A DNA stretch of 64,000 bases from Candidatus Methanomethylicia archaeon (lineage in GTDB: Archaea > Thermoproteota > Methanomethylicia > CALHIW01): assembly GCA_038845975.1 (NCBI GenBank), contig JAWBQF010000012.1, forward strand, positions 1 to 64,000, given 5' to 3'. The notes beneath the pieces were generated by a model. That model did no database searches. It had not been told where the DNA came from and worked only from the letters and a program-made list of their open reading frames with translations. The position numbers and the translations under genes were made by a program. This document shows, piece after piece, positions 1 to 11,601 of the stretch; position 1 is the stretch's first letter; the number at the start of each line of letters is the position of its first letter.

Positions 1-278
1 AAGGCATTAATAAGCCTCTAATCCTAGTAGGGGCCATGGTATTAGGCATTACATAACCATGGTTTAAGATGGAGATGTCAAACCTTCGCTAGGAATACGA
101 TAGAGTGATGGTTTCGAACAATTAAGGATCGAACAAAGATTCTACACAACTTCAGGCAAGAAAGTCATAAAGATCAACCTATTCCTAAACTTCTTCATAC
201 TCTGGTATAACTGGATAAGACCTCATCAAAACCTAGGAAAACCACCAGCAATAACATAAACCTAAAAGTAACAGTATC
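1..278 (+). mobile_element. Degenerate IS6-family transposase 3' end with right terminal inverted repeat (cut by window edge)
   Basis: Frameshifted reading gives NKPLILV..GPWY...RNTIE*WFRTIKDRTK...LFLNFFILWYNWIRPHQNLGKPPA, typical of archaeal IS6 DDE C-termini. It ends in AACCTAAAAGTAACAGTATC (259-278), whose reverse complement recurs at 29344. Confidence 0.75.
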
Positions 279-549
279 AAATCTGTAAACTTTTATTCTA
301 TTAATTTAGAAGTTTATTTAGGGTATTCTACCATATATTGATATGGTTTGCAACTATAGATTTTAAGAGATAAGAACACAATTTATGTTTATTCAGACTT
401 TATTAATCTATTTCTCCGGATGTAAGTTATGAAGCCTGAAAACTTATAAAGTAGTAGGGAATGTAGGTTGAAGTTAAACTATATTTAAGAATGTAGAGTA
501 GCCATTATTTGACTTAAGAATAAATCTGTATTGATGGCAACTTTAATAT

Positions 550-961
550 TTAGAGTTTTCTATGATCTATTCTTTTCAGTCCAGGTACTATATCGTAAAC
601 GTTGTCTGTTGATATTATTGCATGGTCTTCAACTTGATTTAAGGCTGTTACTGCATAATATGCATCGAATATTGACTTCATATTGTACTGTCTCATTAAT
701 GTTAAGGTAAGTAAGTCTATTTCATACATTGTATCTAGAAACTTTAAATTCTTTATAGCTGTTATGGCAGCAGCTCTAGCAATATATTCATCTAACCAAT
801 TCCCTCCTCTCTTGAAACGTAGTAAAGCTCATGAAGACATTCCCTAGAGGCATATACAATGCCGAACTCTCATTTACAATTCTTATCATAATCTTCTCGG
901 CAGTATTCTTTAACAAATCCTCCTTCTTAACAAAAGCATATAGTAAGTCTGTTTCAATCAT
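550..961 (-). pseudogene. vapC: PIN-domain (VapC) toxin, frameshifted
   Basis: Manual translation MIETDLLYAFVKKED..ASRECLHELYYVS..SIFDAYYAVTALNQVEDHAIISTDNVYDIVPGLKRID shows the PIN acidic motifs. At least two frameshifts; absent from the ORF track. Confidence 0.8.
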
Positions 962-966
962 CAAGA

Positions 967-1208
967 TTAACTTCTCCTCTTCATTCTCTTTAAAGCATCC
1001 TTCAACGCTGATTTCCCGGCAAGGATCTTCAAATCCCTTCTACTACGTTGCGATGAAAGTCATGAAGCTGCATATTCATGAGGGCTTGCCGGTAATGGAA
1101 TTACAACAAGGAAAGTTCCTGCAGGTATAACTACTACCTTACATTTTCTAACAGCCATTTCCATCGGGATCGTCATTCTCCCCTTTCATCAACGCTAACT
1201 ATAGCCAT
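967..1208 (-). pseudogene. AbrB/MazE-type antitoxin, disrupted
   Basis: MAIVSVDERG/RMTIP..VVVIPAG N-terminal AbrB motif, with a frameshift and an internal TGA; lies directly upstream of the vapC relic. Confidence 0.75.
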
Positions 1209-1485
1209 AATCCCACAAATAATTTAAAACAGTCCACAAATAAAATTTAACCATCAATCTATGAATATGTAAACTTCTAATGGTTATAGTATGGATAGTA
1301 TCATTTAACCGTTTCTTATCGTCTAAAGTAGTTTATGCTAGGTATATAATATCTTTACAAGTACATGATTACTAGAATGTGTAGAACAAGGGCTATAGCC
1401 TAGTAAAGCTTGCTATATTTAAACTATTTGAGTTTGCTCCTGATATGCTACTAAAACTTTAAATTTATAAGGGGAGTTTTAAAAT

Positions 1486-2406
1486 ATGGTTATTGATCCT
1501 ATATATAGGGATGCTTTGATTTTTGCAAGTCTTCTCACTCTTTTAAGTATTGGTCTTACATTAACATATCTTACAACTAGAGTTCCAAACTTCGCTCACG
1601 GATCCTTTGCTACTATAGGTATTTACGTGGCTTTAACTATAAGTAGGGTTTTTAAACATAATGTATATTATGGTTTACCATTATCCTTCCTGCTTGGAGG
1701 TTTTACTGCTTTAGCTCAGTATGTTTTTATTCTTAAGCCATTATTGAAGAGGAATGCTTCAATAAATCATTTAATGGTAGCTACAATAGCTTTTGAACTT
1801 ATACTTCTTGCAGCCCTAAATATTTATGCTGATTTCCTCGGTAGAGTTTTTAAGATAACATCAAGATACTTTCAGCTAAGAGGATTAGATTTCCAATATG
1901 CTGGATATCCAGGCCTCCTTATAGTTGCTCCATCCCTTGTTGCTTTAATATGCTTAATTCTCTACATAGTTTTAACAAGAACGAAGTTTGGAATTGCTAT
2001 GAGGGCAACCATTGAAAATCCAAGTCTAGCTGAAACTCTAGGTGTTAACGCTAATCTCGTATATACTGTATCATGGTTTCTTGCAGGTGGCTTAGGTGGA
2101 CTTTCAGGAAATCTTCTACCACTATGGTTTATAGGGAATCCTGATACAGGATCCTTCATGCTTGTAAGTATATTTGCAGCCAGTACATCAGGTGGACTCT
2201 ACAGTCTCTCAGGAGCCCTAATTGGAGGATATCTTATCGGGTTTGCTGAAGTACTAGGTACAAGTAGGCTTGCCTCACTTATTGGCGTCTGGATAATTCC
2301 ATATAGACCAATTATACCGTTAACAGTAATGGTTTTAACATTAATGATTATTCCTAGAGGCTTATCAGATCTTGCATCAAGAATTGTTGGGAGGGGGGTT
2401 TCATGA
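1486..2406 (+). CDS. livH: Branched-chain amino acid ABC transporter permease
   Basis: GLTL..NFAHG and TKFGIAMRA..N..LA..LG motifs; hydrophobic. Confidence 0.92.
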   Translation: MVIDPIYRDALIFASLLTLLSIGLTLTYLTTRVPNFAHGSFATIGIYVALTISRVFKHNVYYGLPLSFLLGGFTALAQYVFILKPLLKRNASINHLMVATIAFELILLAALNIYADFLGRVFKITSRYFQLRGLDFQYAGYPGLLIVAPSLVALICLILYIVLTRTKFGIAMRATIENPSLAETLGVNANLVYTVSWFLAGGLGGLSGNLLPLWFIGNPDTGSFMLVSIFAASTSGGLYSLSGALIGGYLIGFAEVLGTSRLASLIGVWIIPYRPIIPLTVMVLTLMIIPRGLSDLASRIVGRGVS

Positions 2407-3425
2407 CAATTCCTCCCGAAATCCTATTCATAATAGATTTACTAGCATCCCTCTCACCATACATAATTGTATGTCTCAGCCTAAATCTTGAGTTCGGATA
2501 TGCTGGTGTAGCAAACTTCGGAAAAACATTGTCTGTTGCTGGAGGAGCATTTCTAGTAGGCTATCTTCCAGGTAGATTTACATCATGGATTCTCGGAATA
2601 GAAACTGGAAACTATGTAGCGAACAGTAATGCAATAGTAACCCAGATCAATACAGTATTTACAGTAAACCCTATTCTAGCATTATCAATATTCATATTGA
2701 CAGCTATTACCTCTATGATTATAGGTGCTGCTTTAGGATTTCTCGCAGCATATCCTGTAGTAAGACTACGTGAAGAATACTTAGCAATGGTATTTCTAGC
2801 TATGGGTGAGGCGCTACTCGTCATAGGATACAATTATCCTGAGCTTGTTGGAGGTACTTTAGGAATTATGGTTCCAGACCCGTTTGCATGGTTTAGAGAG
2901 CTAAGATATACTGCTACAACAATAATTATGCTATTCATAGCTATACTTACATTCATATATGTTGAAATGCTAACAAAATCACCTCTAGGTAGAATGCTTA
3001 GAGCTATTAGAGATGATGAATATGCAGCTATGGCTCTAGGGAAGAATGTAGCTAGAGTAAGAGTAAAAACTGTAATGCTTAGCTCAGCTATAGCTGCTCT
3101 AGGAGGTGTACTGTACGCATTCTATAGTGGGGGAGTAATTGCAACAGCTTACAATAGGGTTTCATGGACTTTCTGGCCATGGGTTATGGTTATACTTGGA
3201 GGAACAGCAAACAATAAGGGAGCAGTTCTAGGAACATTCATATTCGTAACAATAAGGAAAATTATTGAATTCAATAAAGATAAGCTTACACCCTACGTTC
3301 CATTTGATGTAGTATGGCTTGATATGCTTCTTCTAGGAGTAGCATTAATAATCATTCTTATATTTAAACCTGAAGGAATAATACCTGAAAAACCAATAAA
3401 AACATTAAACCTAAAAAAGCCATAA
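2403..3425 (+). CDS. livM: Branched-chain amino acid ABC transporter permease
   Basis: SLNL..GYAG..NFG, RLREEYLAM, SPLGRMLRAIRDDE..A; ATGA overlap with livH. Confidence 0.92.
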   Translation: MTIPPEILFIIDLLASLSPYIIVCLSLNLEFGYAGVANFGKTLSVAGGAFLVGYLPGRFTSWILGIETGNYVANSNAIVTQINTVFTVNPILALSIFILTAITSMIIGAALGFLAAYPVVRLREEYLAMVFLAMGEALLVIGYNYPELVGGTLGIMVPDPFAWFRELRYTATTIIMLFIAILTFIYVEMLTKSPLGRMLRAIRDDEYAAMALGKNVARVRVKTVMLSSAIAALGGVLYAFYSGGVIATAYNRVSWTFWPWVMVILGGTANNKGAVLGTFIFVTIRKIIEFNKDKLTPYVPFDVVWLDMLLLGVALIIILIFKPEGIIPEKPIKTLNLKKP

Positions 3426-3770
3426 ACATAAGTAAGCTATCCACCAGCCCATCAACACTAACCAATAATCACCCTAAATTTAGAAAATACTAGATATACT
3501 CAACATGTTACTACTACTTAACATCACGCCTCCATCAACATAAACTCAATACTGCTTTAATTTCAACCTCATCTAGATAGATTTTAGGATTCTGATAGTA
3601 ATATTTATTTTTCTATTTTATTAGTAGCTATACTGGAAGTCTATGATTATAATGCTTTAAACCATCATTAGCATCCAGCATAAGGCTATACTGGAATATT
3701 ACATCTAATAGGATCCTACCCATCTTAAAGTCAATTAAGAATTATATGAACCCTACATACTAACATGAAA

Positions 3771-4215
3771 TGTTAGTATGTCTAAGGCTGTTAGGTTTGT
3801 AGCGTGGACTCCATTTACTCTAGTTGTTATTGCTTATATATTTCTTTCCGTTCATCTAGGACGGCTTCAAATATTTTGAGCTTCATTGTTGTTAGGAGTT
3901 TGATCTTATCGTCATGGTTTAAGTCTTTAAGCTTCCTAATTGATAGAGGGATGTTAGGATCGTTATGGTTAATGATACCGTTATATAGGTTAGGAATCTA
4001 ATTTAGAAGATCATACAGTATAGTAAGTATAAAACTTCTATTCGATAATTATATATCATGTATGAAGAGTAAATGTGATAGTAGGCATGTATTAATGATT
4101 ATGAAGTCAATAGTATGGTTAACAGATATGAATTACAAAAGGATAAAGCTAAGAAATTCATAGAAGATACAATACCAAAATAGAAGTGATAAAACATGCT
4201 TAAGTTAACAAAGCC
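3771..4215 (+). mobile_element. Degenerate IS6-derived element, copy 1 (left end lost)
   Basis: Aligns by eye with 42888-43359 and with the reverse complement of 59021-59710; ends in TIR AAGTTAACAAAGCC. Confidence 0.8.
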
Positions 4216-4265
4216 ACTAAATATCTGGAAAAATATAAAAGCTTCCGTGTAGTATTATTAATGGT

Positions 4266-5585
4266 ATGAGAACAGATATTATAGCTATAGGTATTATAGC
4301 TCTTATCATTGGTGTTGCTGTCGGCTATTTTGCAGCTCCACCAAAAGTAGGAATAGTTACTACAACCATTCCGGGAACTACAGTAACATCAGTTATAACA
4401 TCAACATATACAACAACAGTTGAGAAACCTATACCTCCATTAACTGGTGAGATACCGATAGGTGTACTTACCCAGCTATCAGGTGAGCTTGGTGCTTGGG
4501 GTGATAACTATAGGGTAGCATTAGAGCTTGCTGCCTCTGAAGTAAACGATTTCCTATCTAAGGCTGGAATGCCCTTCAGAATTAAGCTTCTCGTAGAGGA
4601 TACTGCTTCAAAACCTGATGTTGCTCTTGAAAAATTGAAAACACTAGCTGCGAAGGGTGTGAAGATTGTTGTTGGCTCAGCTTCAAGCGGTGAAGCTAGA
4701 AATATTATGGGATATGCTGAAGCAAACAAGATACTTATACTTAGTGGTATGTCAACAGCACCTGAGCTAGCTATACCTAGAGATAATTTATTTAGGCTAT
4801 GTCCAGATGATAATAAGCAGGGTAAAGCTATATCTAGAGTTATATATGATTCAGGTGTTCGATACATAATACCTGTATGGAGGGGGGATGCCTGGGGTGA
4901 TGGATTGGTTAAAGCTGCTAGAGAAAGATTTGAGGAGCTTGGCGGGAAGTTTCTTGAAGGTATAAGATATGCACCTGAAGCTAAAGAGTTTTCAGCTGAG
5001 GTTAGTGTTTTATCCTCTAAGGTTACGGATGCTATTGGAAAGTATGGTAGGGATAAGGTTGGAATATACTATGCAGCTTTCGAAGAAGCTATTACATTCT
5101 TCACGCAGGCAGCTGGATATCCAGTTCTCTCCGAGGTTAAATGGTTTGGAACTGATGGAACTGTTCTAGGTGATAAATTCATTACTGAAACAATAGTTGC
5201 AGAATTCTGTGTTAAAACAGGAGGCTTCGTTAATCCAGTATTTGCACCAACAAGATCAAGCATAACAGTAAAGGTTGAAAACACTGTTAAGGAGAAGCTT
5301 GGAAGAACTCCTGATGCATATACGTATAGCGTCTACGATACCTTATGGCTTGCAGTTAAATGCATACTAGCAGCAGGCAAATATGATGCTGACGCCATCA
5401 AGAATATACTACCTACAGTTGCAAAAACAACGTTTGGAGCTAGTGGATGGCTTGAACTTAATGAAGCTGGTGATAGAGAAACTGCTGATTATGAGCTTTG
5501 GTATATAGTTAAGGAGAATGGAGAATATGCATGGAAGCTTGCAGGAATATATACAGCAGCTTCAGACTCCGTTACTTGGCTTTAA
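4266..5585 (+). CDS. livK: Branched-chain amino acid ABC transporter substrate-binding protein
   Basis: N-terminal TM anchor, Thr-rich linker, type I periplasmic-binding motifs (EDT, STAP, FRLCPDD, GDR). Confidence 0.9.
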   Translation: MRTDIIAIGIIALIIGVAVGYFAAPPKVGIVTTTIPGTTVTSVITSTYTTTVEKPIPPLTGEIPIGVLTQLSGELGAWGDNYRVALELAASEVNDFLSKAGMPFRIKLLVEDTASKPDVALEKLKTLAAKGVKIVVGSASSGEARNIMGYAEANKILILSGMSTAPELAIPRDNLFRLCPDDNKQGKAISRVIYDSGVRYIIPVWRGDAWGDGLVKAARERFEELGGKFLEGIRYAPEAKEFSAEVSVLSSKVTDAIGKYGRDKVGIYYAAFEEAITFFTQAAGYPVLSEVKWFGTDGTVLGDKFITETIVAEFCVKTGGFVNPVFAPTRSSITVKVENTVKEKLGRTPDAYTYSVYDTLWLAVKCILAAGKYDADAIKNILPTVAKTTFGASGWLELNEAGDRETADYELWYIVKENGEYAWKLAGIYTAASDSVTWL

Positions 5586-5600
5586 CCTTAAATCTTTTTA

Positions 5601-6362
5601 TTGATTTCCATGAGTATACTAACAATTAAAGATGTTAGGAAAACATTTGGTGGACTCATTGCACTCGACAATGTAAATATAGAGGTTAAAGAGAATACTA
5701 TAACTTTAATTATGGGTCCTAATGGAAGCGGTAAAACAACACTAATAAATGTTATCTCCGGATTCTATAAGCCTGAGAAAGGTAAAATTCTCTATAGGAA
5801 CATGGATATAACAGGTTTACCTCCATACGAGATTTATAGGCTAGGTATTGTAAGAACATTCCAGATACCTGCACCATTTATTAAGCTTTCAGTTATGGAG
5901 AATATGCTTACAGCATATCCTAATAATCCTGGTGAAAGCTTTCTCAAAGCCCCATTTAGAAAGCTATGGATAAATAAGGAGGCTGAAGCCATTGAGAAGG
6001 CTTATAAAATACTTGATTTACTGGAGCTTAATCATCTAGCAGATCATCCATCATGTAAGCTAAGCGGAGGACAGATGAAGCTTCTCGAGATAGGTAGAGC
6101 TCTTATGTGCGGTGCAAAGCTAGTATTAGCTGATGAGCCTGCATCAGGCTTAAACCCAACGCTAGCACATAAAATCTTCTCATACCTAACCAAGCTGAAA
6201 AGCTTAAACGTTACATTTCTAGTTGTTGAGCATAGACTTGAAGTAGCTTTACAATACATTGACTACGTATACGCTATGTCTAGGGGAAGAGTTATATCTG
6301 AGGGTGATGGAGAAAAGGTTTTAAAAGATCCTAGAGTACTAGATGAATATCTAGGTGGTTAA
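5601..6362 (+). CDS. livG: Branched-chain amino acid ABC ATPase
   Basis: FGGLIAL, GPNGSGKT, RTFQ, LSGGQ, DEP, VEH; start may be ATG 5610. Confidence 0.93.
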   Translation: MISMSILTIKDVRKTFGGLIALDNVNIEVKENTITLIMGPNGSGKTTLINVISGFYKPEKGKILYRNMDITGLPPYEIYRLGIVRTFQIPAPFIKLSVMENMLTAYPNNPGESFLKAPFRKLWINKEAEAIEKAYKILDLLELNHLADHPSCKLSGGQMKLLEIGRALMCGAKLVLADEPASGLNPTLAHKIFSYLTKLKSLNVTFLVVEHRLEVALQYIDYVYAMSRGRVISEGDGEKVLKDPRVLDEYLGG

Positions 6363-7073
6363 GTGATAGATGTTGAAAACATAAATGCTGGCTACGGTAG
6401 ATTCCATGTACTATTCGATGTTAATACATCAATAAGAAGAGATAAAGTAACAGTTATTGTTGGACCTAATGGTAGTGGTAAAACTACATTTCTAAAAACA
6501 ATCTCCGGACTTGCAACAATATATTCTGGAAGAGTAAGATTTAACGGTCAAGATATTACAAATCTACCAACACATGAAATTGCTAGAATGGGAATAGCAT
6601 ACCTACCACAGGTCGGTAATATATTTCTAAACCTAAATGTAAGAGAGAACCTATTAATGTCAAGCTATACTTTAAGTAAAAATGAAGTTAAAGATAGGAT
6701 TGAGGAGGTTCTAAGCTACTTCCCAATACTGAGAAAATACTATAATAGGAAAGCAAATACTCTAAGCGGTGGAGAGAGACAAATGCTAGCTATAGCTATG
6801 GCTTTAATGAGAAGACCTAAAGTAATGCTTTTCGATGAGCCTACAGCAAATCTATCCCCGAAACTCGCTATTGAAGTTCTAAAGGAAATAGTGAATTTAA
6901 GAGATAACTACGGAATAACAGTAACTATTGTAGAGCAGAATGCTAGAAAAGCACTTGAATGTGGAGATAATGCACTACTATTCGTAGGTGGAAGAATAAT
7001 TTATGATGGAGATGCGCAGAAACTACTAAAACATCCAGAACTAAGCACCATATATCTCGGAGTAAAACAATAA
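6363..7073 (+). CDS. livF: Branched-chain amino acid ABC ATPase
   Basis: GPNGSGKT, LSGGERQMLA, DEP, VEQN. Confidence 0.93.
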   Translation: MIDVENINAGYGRFHVLFDVNTSIRRDKVTVIVGPNGSGKTTFLKTISGLATIYSGRVRFNGQDITNLPTHEIARMGIAYLPQVGNIFLNLNVRENLLMSSYTLSKNEVKDRIEEVLSYFPILRKYYNRKANTLSGGERQMLAIAMALMRRPKVMLFDEPTANLSPKLAIEVLKEIVNLRDNYGITVTIVEQNARKALECGDNALLFVGGRIIYDGDAQKLLKHPELSTIYLGVKQ

Positions 7074-7630
7074 TAACCATAAAGCAAATAAGCTCATAAA
7101 GCATTCTTGAAACTTCAAAATTATCCTCTACTATTCATACTGATGTAGCGGTCTTTCATATTATGGATTCATTTCATTCAGCATAGCGATTAAGCATTAC
7201 TACTAAACCATCATTACTCCTACCCTAAACCTACAAATAGAATTCTACTAAGCTTGCAAGCGAACCCAGCAACTTAGCATATGTAGCTTCCAACTTAAGT
7301 TGCTGAATCCCATAAAGATACAACAAGCTTAAATAGAAGATATTACAATCTCGTTTAGCTATTCATCTCCATAAACAACAGAAAATTAATCACTAACACT
7401 TAATAATCTAGTAGATTCTAATGTATGTTTAATCTTTACGATGTTGATTGTATGGAGATGTTGGCTTAATATCTTAAGGTAATGTTAAGAGTTTCAGCAA
7501 CATAGCTAAAAATCTTTTAAGACTTGGTAGGGGGTAGGGGAATATTTATTATGGTTTTAAAGCTATGGTAAGTTAAGTAGTAGGAATAAATGAATTGATA
7601 GTAAACCTTATTACTAACAGGGTGGTAGTT

Positions 7631-8728
7631 ATGCTTTTTGATGAGCGGCCAAAGGAAGTAAGAAAAGACCTCTACAACAGGGAAAAGGAACTACATGAGC
7701 TTAAAAACGCCGTAAATAAGCCTATAATACTACTAACCGGAATGAGAAGAATTGGAAAAACCTCAGTTCTAAAGGTTTTCCTAAATGAATGTACAATTCC
7801 ATATGCTCTTATTGATGTTAGATCATCTATTAGATCATATAAATCCCTCTACACGATATTCTCAGATATTCTTACACAGCTAAATGAAAAATATGTTGGA
7901 AATAAGTTATCCAATATTTTAAAACGTATTACTGGTGTAAATATATTAGGGGTAGAGATTGCTCTTTCCTGGGATATAAAGAGAAGAGTAAGCCTACAAA
8001 CCATTCTAGATAGAATTAATAAGCTAGGAAAAACCATAATAGCAATAGATGAAGCACAGAATTTTAGAGGTAATCTTGGTGGAGAAATAGTTTCACTATT
8101 AGCACATTGCTATGATTACTGTGAAAACATAACCTTCATTCTAACGGGATCTGAAGCTGGATTACTATATGATCTACTAGGTATTAACAATCCTAACTCT
8201 CCACTATATGGAAGACATCTAGAAGAAATAAGGCTAGAACGCTTCCCTAAAAATACATCTATCAACTTTCTGAAGAAAGGCTTTTCAGAATATAAAATGA
8301 ATGTAGATGAAAACCTAATTCTCTACGCTGTTGATAAGCTAGATGGAGTAGTAGGATGGCTAACTGAATTAGGCTCCAAAGCAGTAAAAAGAAAAACATT
8401 AAGTAAAGAACTTATTGATGAAGTAGCTGAGATGGCTGTAAAAATCACTATTGAGGAACTTACCCACTTCTCACAGAAGTATTTATACATTGTTGAAGCC
8501 ATAGCTAAAGGCTATAGCTACTGGAGTGAAATTAAAAACTATCTTGAACGTAGAGTAAAAACAGTAATATACGATTCCGAACTAGATAGATCTCTAGATA
8601 GCCTAGAGAAAAGAGGCTATATAAGTAGGATTAGACGGGGTGAATATGAACTCCTAGACCCCCTACTAAAAAACGCCTTCACAACAAGCATTACTGAATC
8701 CAACATTAAAAGAATTAAATTAAGCTAG
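7631..8728 (+). CDS. Archaeal AAA+ ATPase (ATPase_2 family) with C-terminal winged helix
   Basis: MLFDERPK..L.NREKE, G.RRIGKTS, IDEAQ, TGSE.G, PLYGR; ATG 7631 follows a GGTGG SD (ORF-track start 7595). Confidence 0.88.
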   Translation: MLFDERPKEVRKDLYNREKELHELKNAVNKPIILLTGMRRIGKTSVLKVFLNECTIPYALIDVRSSIRSYKSLYTIFSDILTQLNEKYVGNKLSNILKRITGVNILGVEIALSWDIKRRVSLQTILDRINKLGKTIIAIDEAQNFRGNLGGEIVSLLAHCYDYCENITFILTGSEAGLLYDLLGINNPNSPLYGRHLEEIRLERFPKNTSINFLKKGFSEYKMNVDENLILYAVDKLDGVVGWLTELGSKAVKRKTLSKELIDEVAEMAVKITIEELTHFSQKYLYIVEAIAKGYSYWSEIKNYLERRVKTVIYDSELDRSLDSLEKRGYISRIRRGEYELLDPLLKNAFTTSITESNIKRIKLS

Positions 8729-9055
8729 GTAAAGTTTAAAGAAACATTATTAATGTCTGGAATCTCATACAGACAATATGCTGAAACACCATTATAACTT
8801 CTTATACTAGTTGCTTAATACATTACCTAGATATCAATAAGTCAGCCATAAAACTTCTCTTCAAAATCCATACATCTAAATTAAAGCTTCAAGATTTGGA
8901 GGGTTAGCTATTAATACAATACTTCTATTACCCTGCTTTAAGCAATATGAGTTTTGAAATCTATTTTTAAGCTTAAACAGTATTACAGTTGCATGATATT
9001 TGATATTGTAACATGTAGATATAAACTTCCACATTGATTTATGGATTCATATTTA

Positions 9056-9715
9056 TTATTCTTCCTCTATTTCTAGGCTTATTAGTAAGGTATTGATTAG
9101 AACTGTTATTATTGTTGTGGTAATTAGTGTTTTCAGTTCATTATCGATAGCTATGTTGAGAAGTATTTTTTGAAGTCCAATAGCTCCTAGGCTTATTGAT
9201 GGGATTGACAGTAAGGTGATTATGAATGGTATTATGATGAATTTACCTTCAGAATACATTGTTAGAACTGATGAGAATGTTGATATTAATGCTATGTTAA
9301 TAGATACTAGGAGTACTATGTAGTATACCTGTATAGATGGTGGATGTAGCCTACCGAAGAATACTAGTAGAATCAATGCTTCAATAGATGTTGATAATGT
9401 AAATATAAAGGCATATATTGACTTTGCAATACATACCACTACTGGTGAGCATGGTAGAAGCTTAATACCATTCATAGTTCCCTTCTCAACCTCCCTCATA
9501 AATATAGTAGTAGTTAGAAAAACCGCTTCAAAAAGCATTAAAGGCCAAATTAAATGATAAGCTAAAAAACCTGCATACATAGTAGATACCATAAATCCTA
9601 AACCAATAATTACAGCTAATGGAAACATGAAGACTACCAGAATCTCCTGACTCCTACGAATCTCAACAGTTAAATCCTTCCTTAAAAGGGTAAGAAGATG
9701 ATTTAAGGAAGACAT
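9056..9715 (-). CDS. ccmB: Heme exporter permease CcmB
   Basis: RKDL.VE.R and F.RE.E.GT..G..L.P motifs, ~6 TM, coupled to the ccmA-like ATPase. Confidence 0.8.
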   Translation of the reverse strand: MSSLNHLLTLLRKDLTVEIRRSQEILVVFMFPLAVIIGLGFMVSTMYAGFLAYHLIWPLMLFEAVFLTTTIFMREVEKGTMNGIKLLPCSPVVVCIAKSIYAFIFTLSTSIEALILLVFFGRLHPPSIQVYYIVLLVSINIALISTFSSVLTMYSEGKFIIIPFIITLLSIPSISLGAIGLQKILLNIAIDNELKTLITTTIITVLINTLLISLEIEEE

Positions 9716-10353
9716 TACATATCCCTAATAATTCTTACCTCCCCATTAGCAAGCATAATCTCCACATGCGGTATATGATTTACATATTCTCCAATATGTG
9801 AAGCTATAACTACCGTCCTCCCATTCTCTATAAATGCTGGAATTATCTGTTTAGATATGGTTTCACATGTAGATTCATCTAACCCTGAAAAGGGCTCATC
9901 AAGTAGGAGAAGGTTAGGACTATGTATTAATGCACGTGCTAAATCAACTTTTTTCCTCCACCCATAAGATAATCGATCAACTCTTTCCCTAAAAACAGTA
10001 TCAATACCTAAAACCCTAACCACCCAATCATCAACTTTAGAGTTGTAAAATGAAGAGTAGAAAACTAGATTTTCAAGTACTGTAAGCTCTCCATAGAGAA
10101 TAGGTTCATGAAGAACAACACCAATCCTCCTCTTAATCTCCCTACATCCATGCTTAAACCCTAAAACCCTAACCACACCTTTAGTTGGTTTTAATAGTCC
10201 ACACAGTATCTTAATAAGTGTTGATTTACCTGCACCATTAGGTCCAAGAACTAAAACAAGACAGCCCGAATTAATACTAATTGAAACATTACGTAAAGCC
10301 CAAACACTACCGTAAGCCTTCCATAAAGATACAGTCTCTACAATATTACCCAT
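9715..10353 (-). CDS. ccmA: Heme exporter ATPase CcmA
   Basis: GPNGAGKS, LY.ELT..ENL.FY, LSYG, LLDEPFSGLD; adjacent to ccmB. Confidence 0.82.
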   Translation of the reverse strand: MGNIVETVSLWKAYGSVWALRNVSISINSGCLVLVLGPNGAGKSTLIKILCGLLKPTKGVVRVLGFKHGCREIKRRIGVVLHEPILYGELTVLENLVFYSSFYNSKVDDWVVRVLGIDTVFRERVDRLSYGWRKKVDLARALIHSPNLLLLDEPFSGLDESTCETISKQIIPAFIENGRTVVIASHIGEYVNHIPHVEIMLANGEVRIIRDM

Positions 10354-10523
10354 AATATCCCTAGAAGCAACATACCAAATCTAATAAGCTTTACGGAACA
10401 AAGCTAGTTCTCTGAACTTCAGATATGAGAAGCACATGTAATTAATGTCTTAATTTAACAAGACAAACACATTTAAAATGCCGGTAAGTTTAAATACATG
10501 ATTTTGAATTACTCTTGGATGTA

Positions 10524-10798
10524 TATGAGTGAGGAAACTTTAAATAGGATGAGAGATATAGGGAGACTACAAAGCAGGCAAAGACTGCGTTTGCATTTTG
10601 GTGTTTTTGAGTTTTAGTTACATTGATTATAGGATTATCTATGACGTTAACGAGGCCTTTAGGTCAGGTAAACTTTATATTAGGCTTCCCCAACTGGGTT
10701 TCTACTCATTAATTGTTTGGCAGATAGTTAGTCTATTCATAATGCTTATTGTGATCAGAATATTTTCAAGGAGGTTCCCATACGAGGCGGTAATGTGA
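10524..10798 (+). pseudogene. Small membrane protein (possible symporter accessory subunit), frameshifted
   Basis: Hydrophobic 66-aa fragment immediately upstream of the symporter relic; the 5' part is in another frame. Confidence 0.35.
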
Positions 10799-11300
10799 AG
10801 AGAGTAATACCTGTATTTGAAATTACTACTGTAATGATTGCTTATTCAGTAATACTTATTCTTTTAGGGGATATAGGTTAAGGGGATATAGGTTATAAAG
10901 CTACTTCTAAAAGAAGGATTGTTGATGCTAGGGATGGTTGGTTAAGTATTTTCTTGGTGGAAGAGAGTTAACATGGCTTGTTTAATGTATACTAGTGTTG
11001 CAACAATTTATAGTACTGGAACATTTATAGGTGCTCCTGGACTTGCATATAGTGGAAGGTATGTATGGCCGTTTACCGTAAGCTTCCAGCATTACTCAGC
11101 CTTTCTAATGTTTTTCCTTGCTGGTATTCGATACTTCGTATACTTGTTATTGTAACTGTATCAGGCATAATATTAGCTATGTATGCACAAAGTATACGAA
11201 GTACATTAGGCTCCGGAAGAGTCTATATAATTCCTAATGGAATTTCCGAATATTTCCTTAGTAAACATGATGGTTATAACTTAAGGAGGGGCTCGGATAA
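10795..11300 (+). pseudogene. Sodium:solute symporter (SSS family) N-terminal relic
   Basis: Fragments TSVATIYSTGTFIGAPGLAYSG and ISEYFLSKHDG match the SSS N-terminus; multiple frameshifts, truncated. Confidence 0.7.
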
Positions 11301-11305
11301 GCTGA

Positions 11306-11601
11306 AGACAATCTACTTGTAGATATGGGCGCTATATTCCTTCAATTCCCATAGCATACTTGAAGAGTTAGGTTTAAAGCCTCTTAGCCGTAGGAGGTTA
11401 AGAGTTTATGGTGGGGTTATTATGGAGCGGAATGTAGGTGTTACTGTATTCGAGTATGAAGATACTCGTGCTGGAGCTTCAGTAATATTCGGTGAAGCTG
11501 AGGATACACCAGTTCTAGGAGCTACAGCTCTTGAAGCTCTCGGATACCAAGTAGATCCAGTTACAAAACAACTCAAACCAATAGGGCTACTGATGATCTA
11601 A
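11306..11601 (+). pseudogene. Retropepsin-like (clan AA) aspartyl protease relic
   Basis: LLVDMGA (degenerate DTGA)..SILEELGLKP..ERNVG..VIFGE.EDTPVLGATALEALGYQVDPVTKQLKP; 5' truncated and frameshifted. Confidence 0.75.

Noticed and set aside
831-1130. 99-aa plus-strand ORF
   Set aside because: Antisense shadow of the abrB/vapC pseudogene pair.
3804-4001. 65-aa ORF, similar to the 89-aa ORF at 59492-59761
   Set aside because: Both are chance-open pieces of the decayed IS6 transposase 5' region, not a conserved membrane protein.
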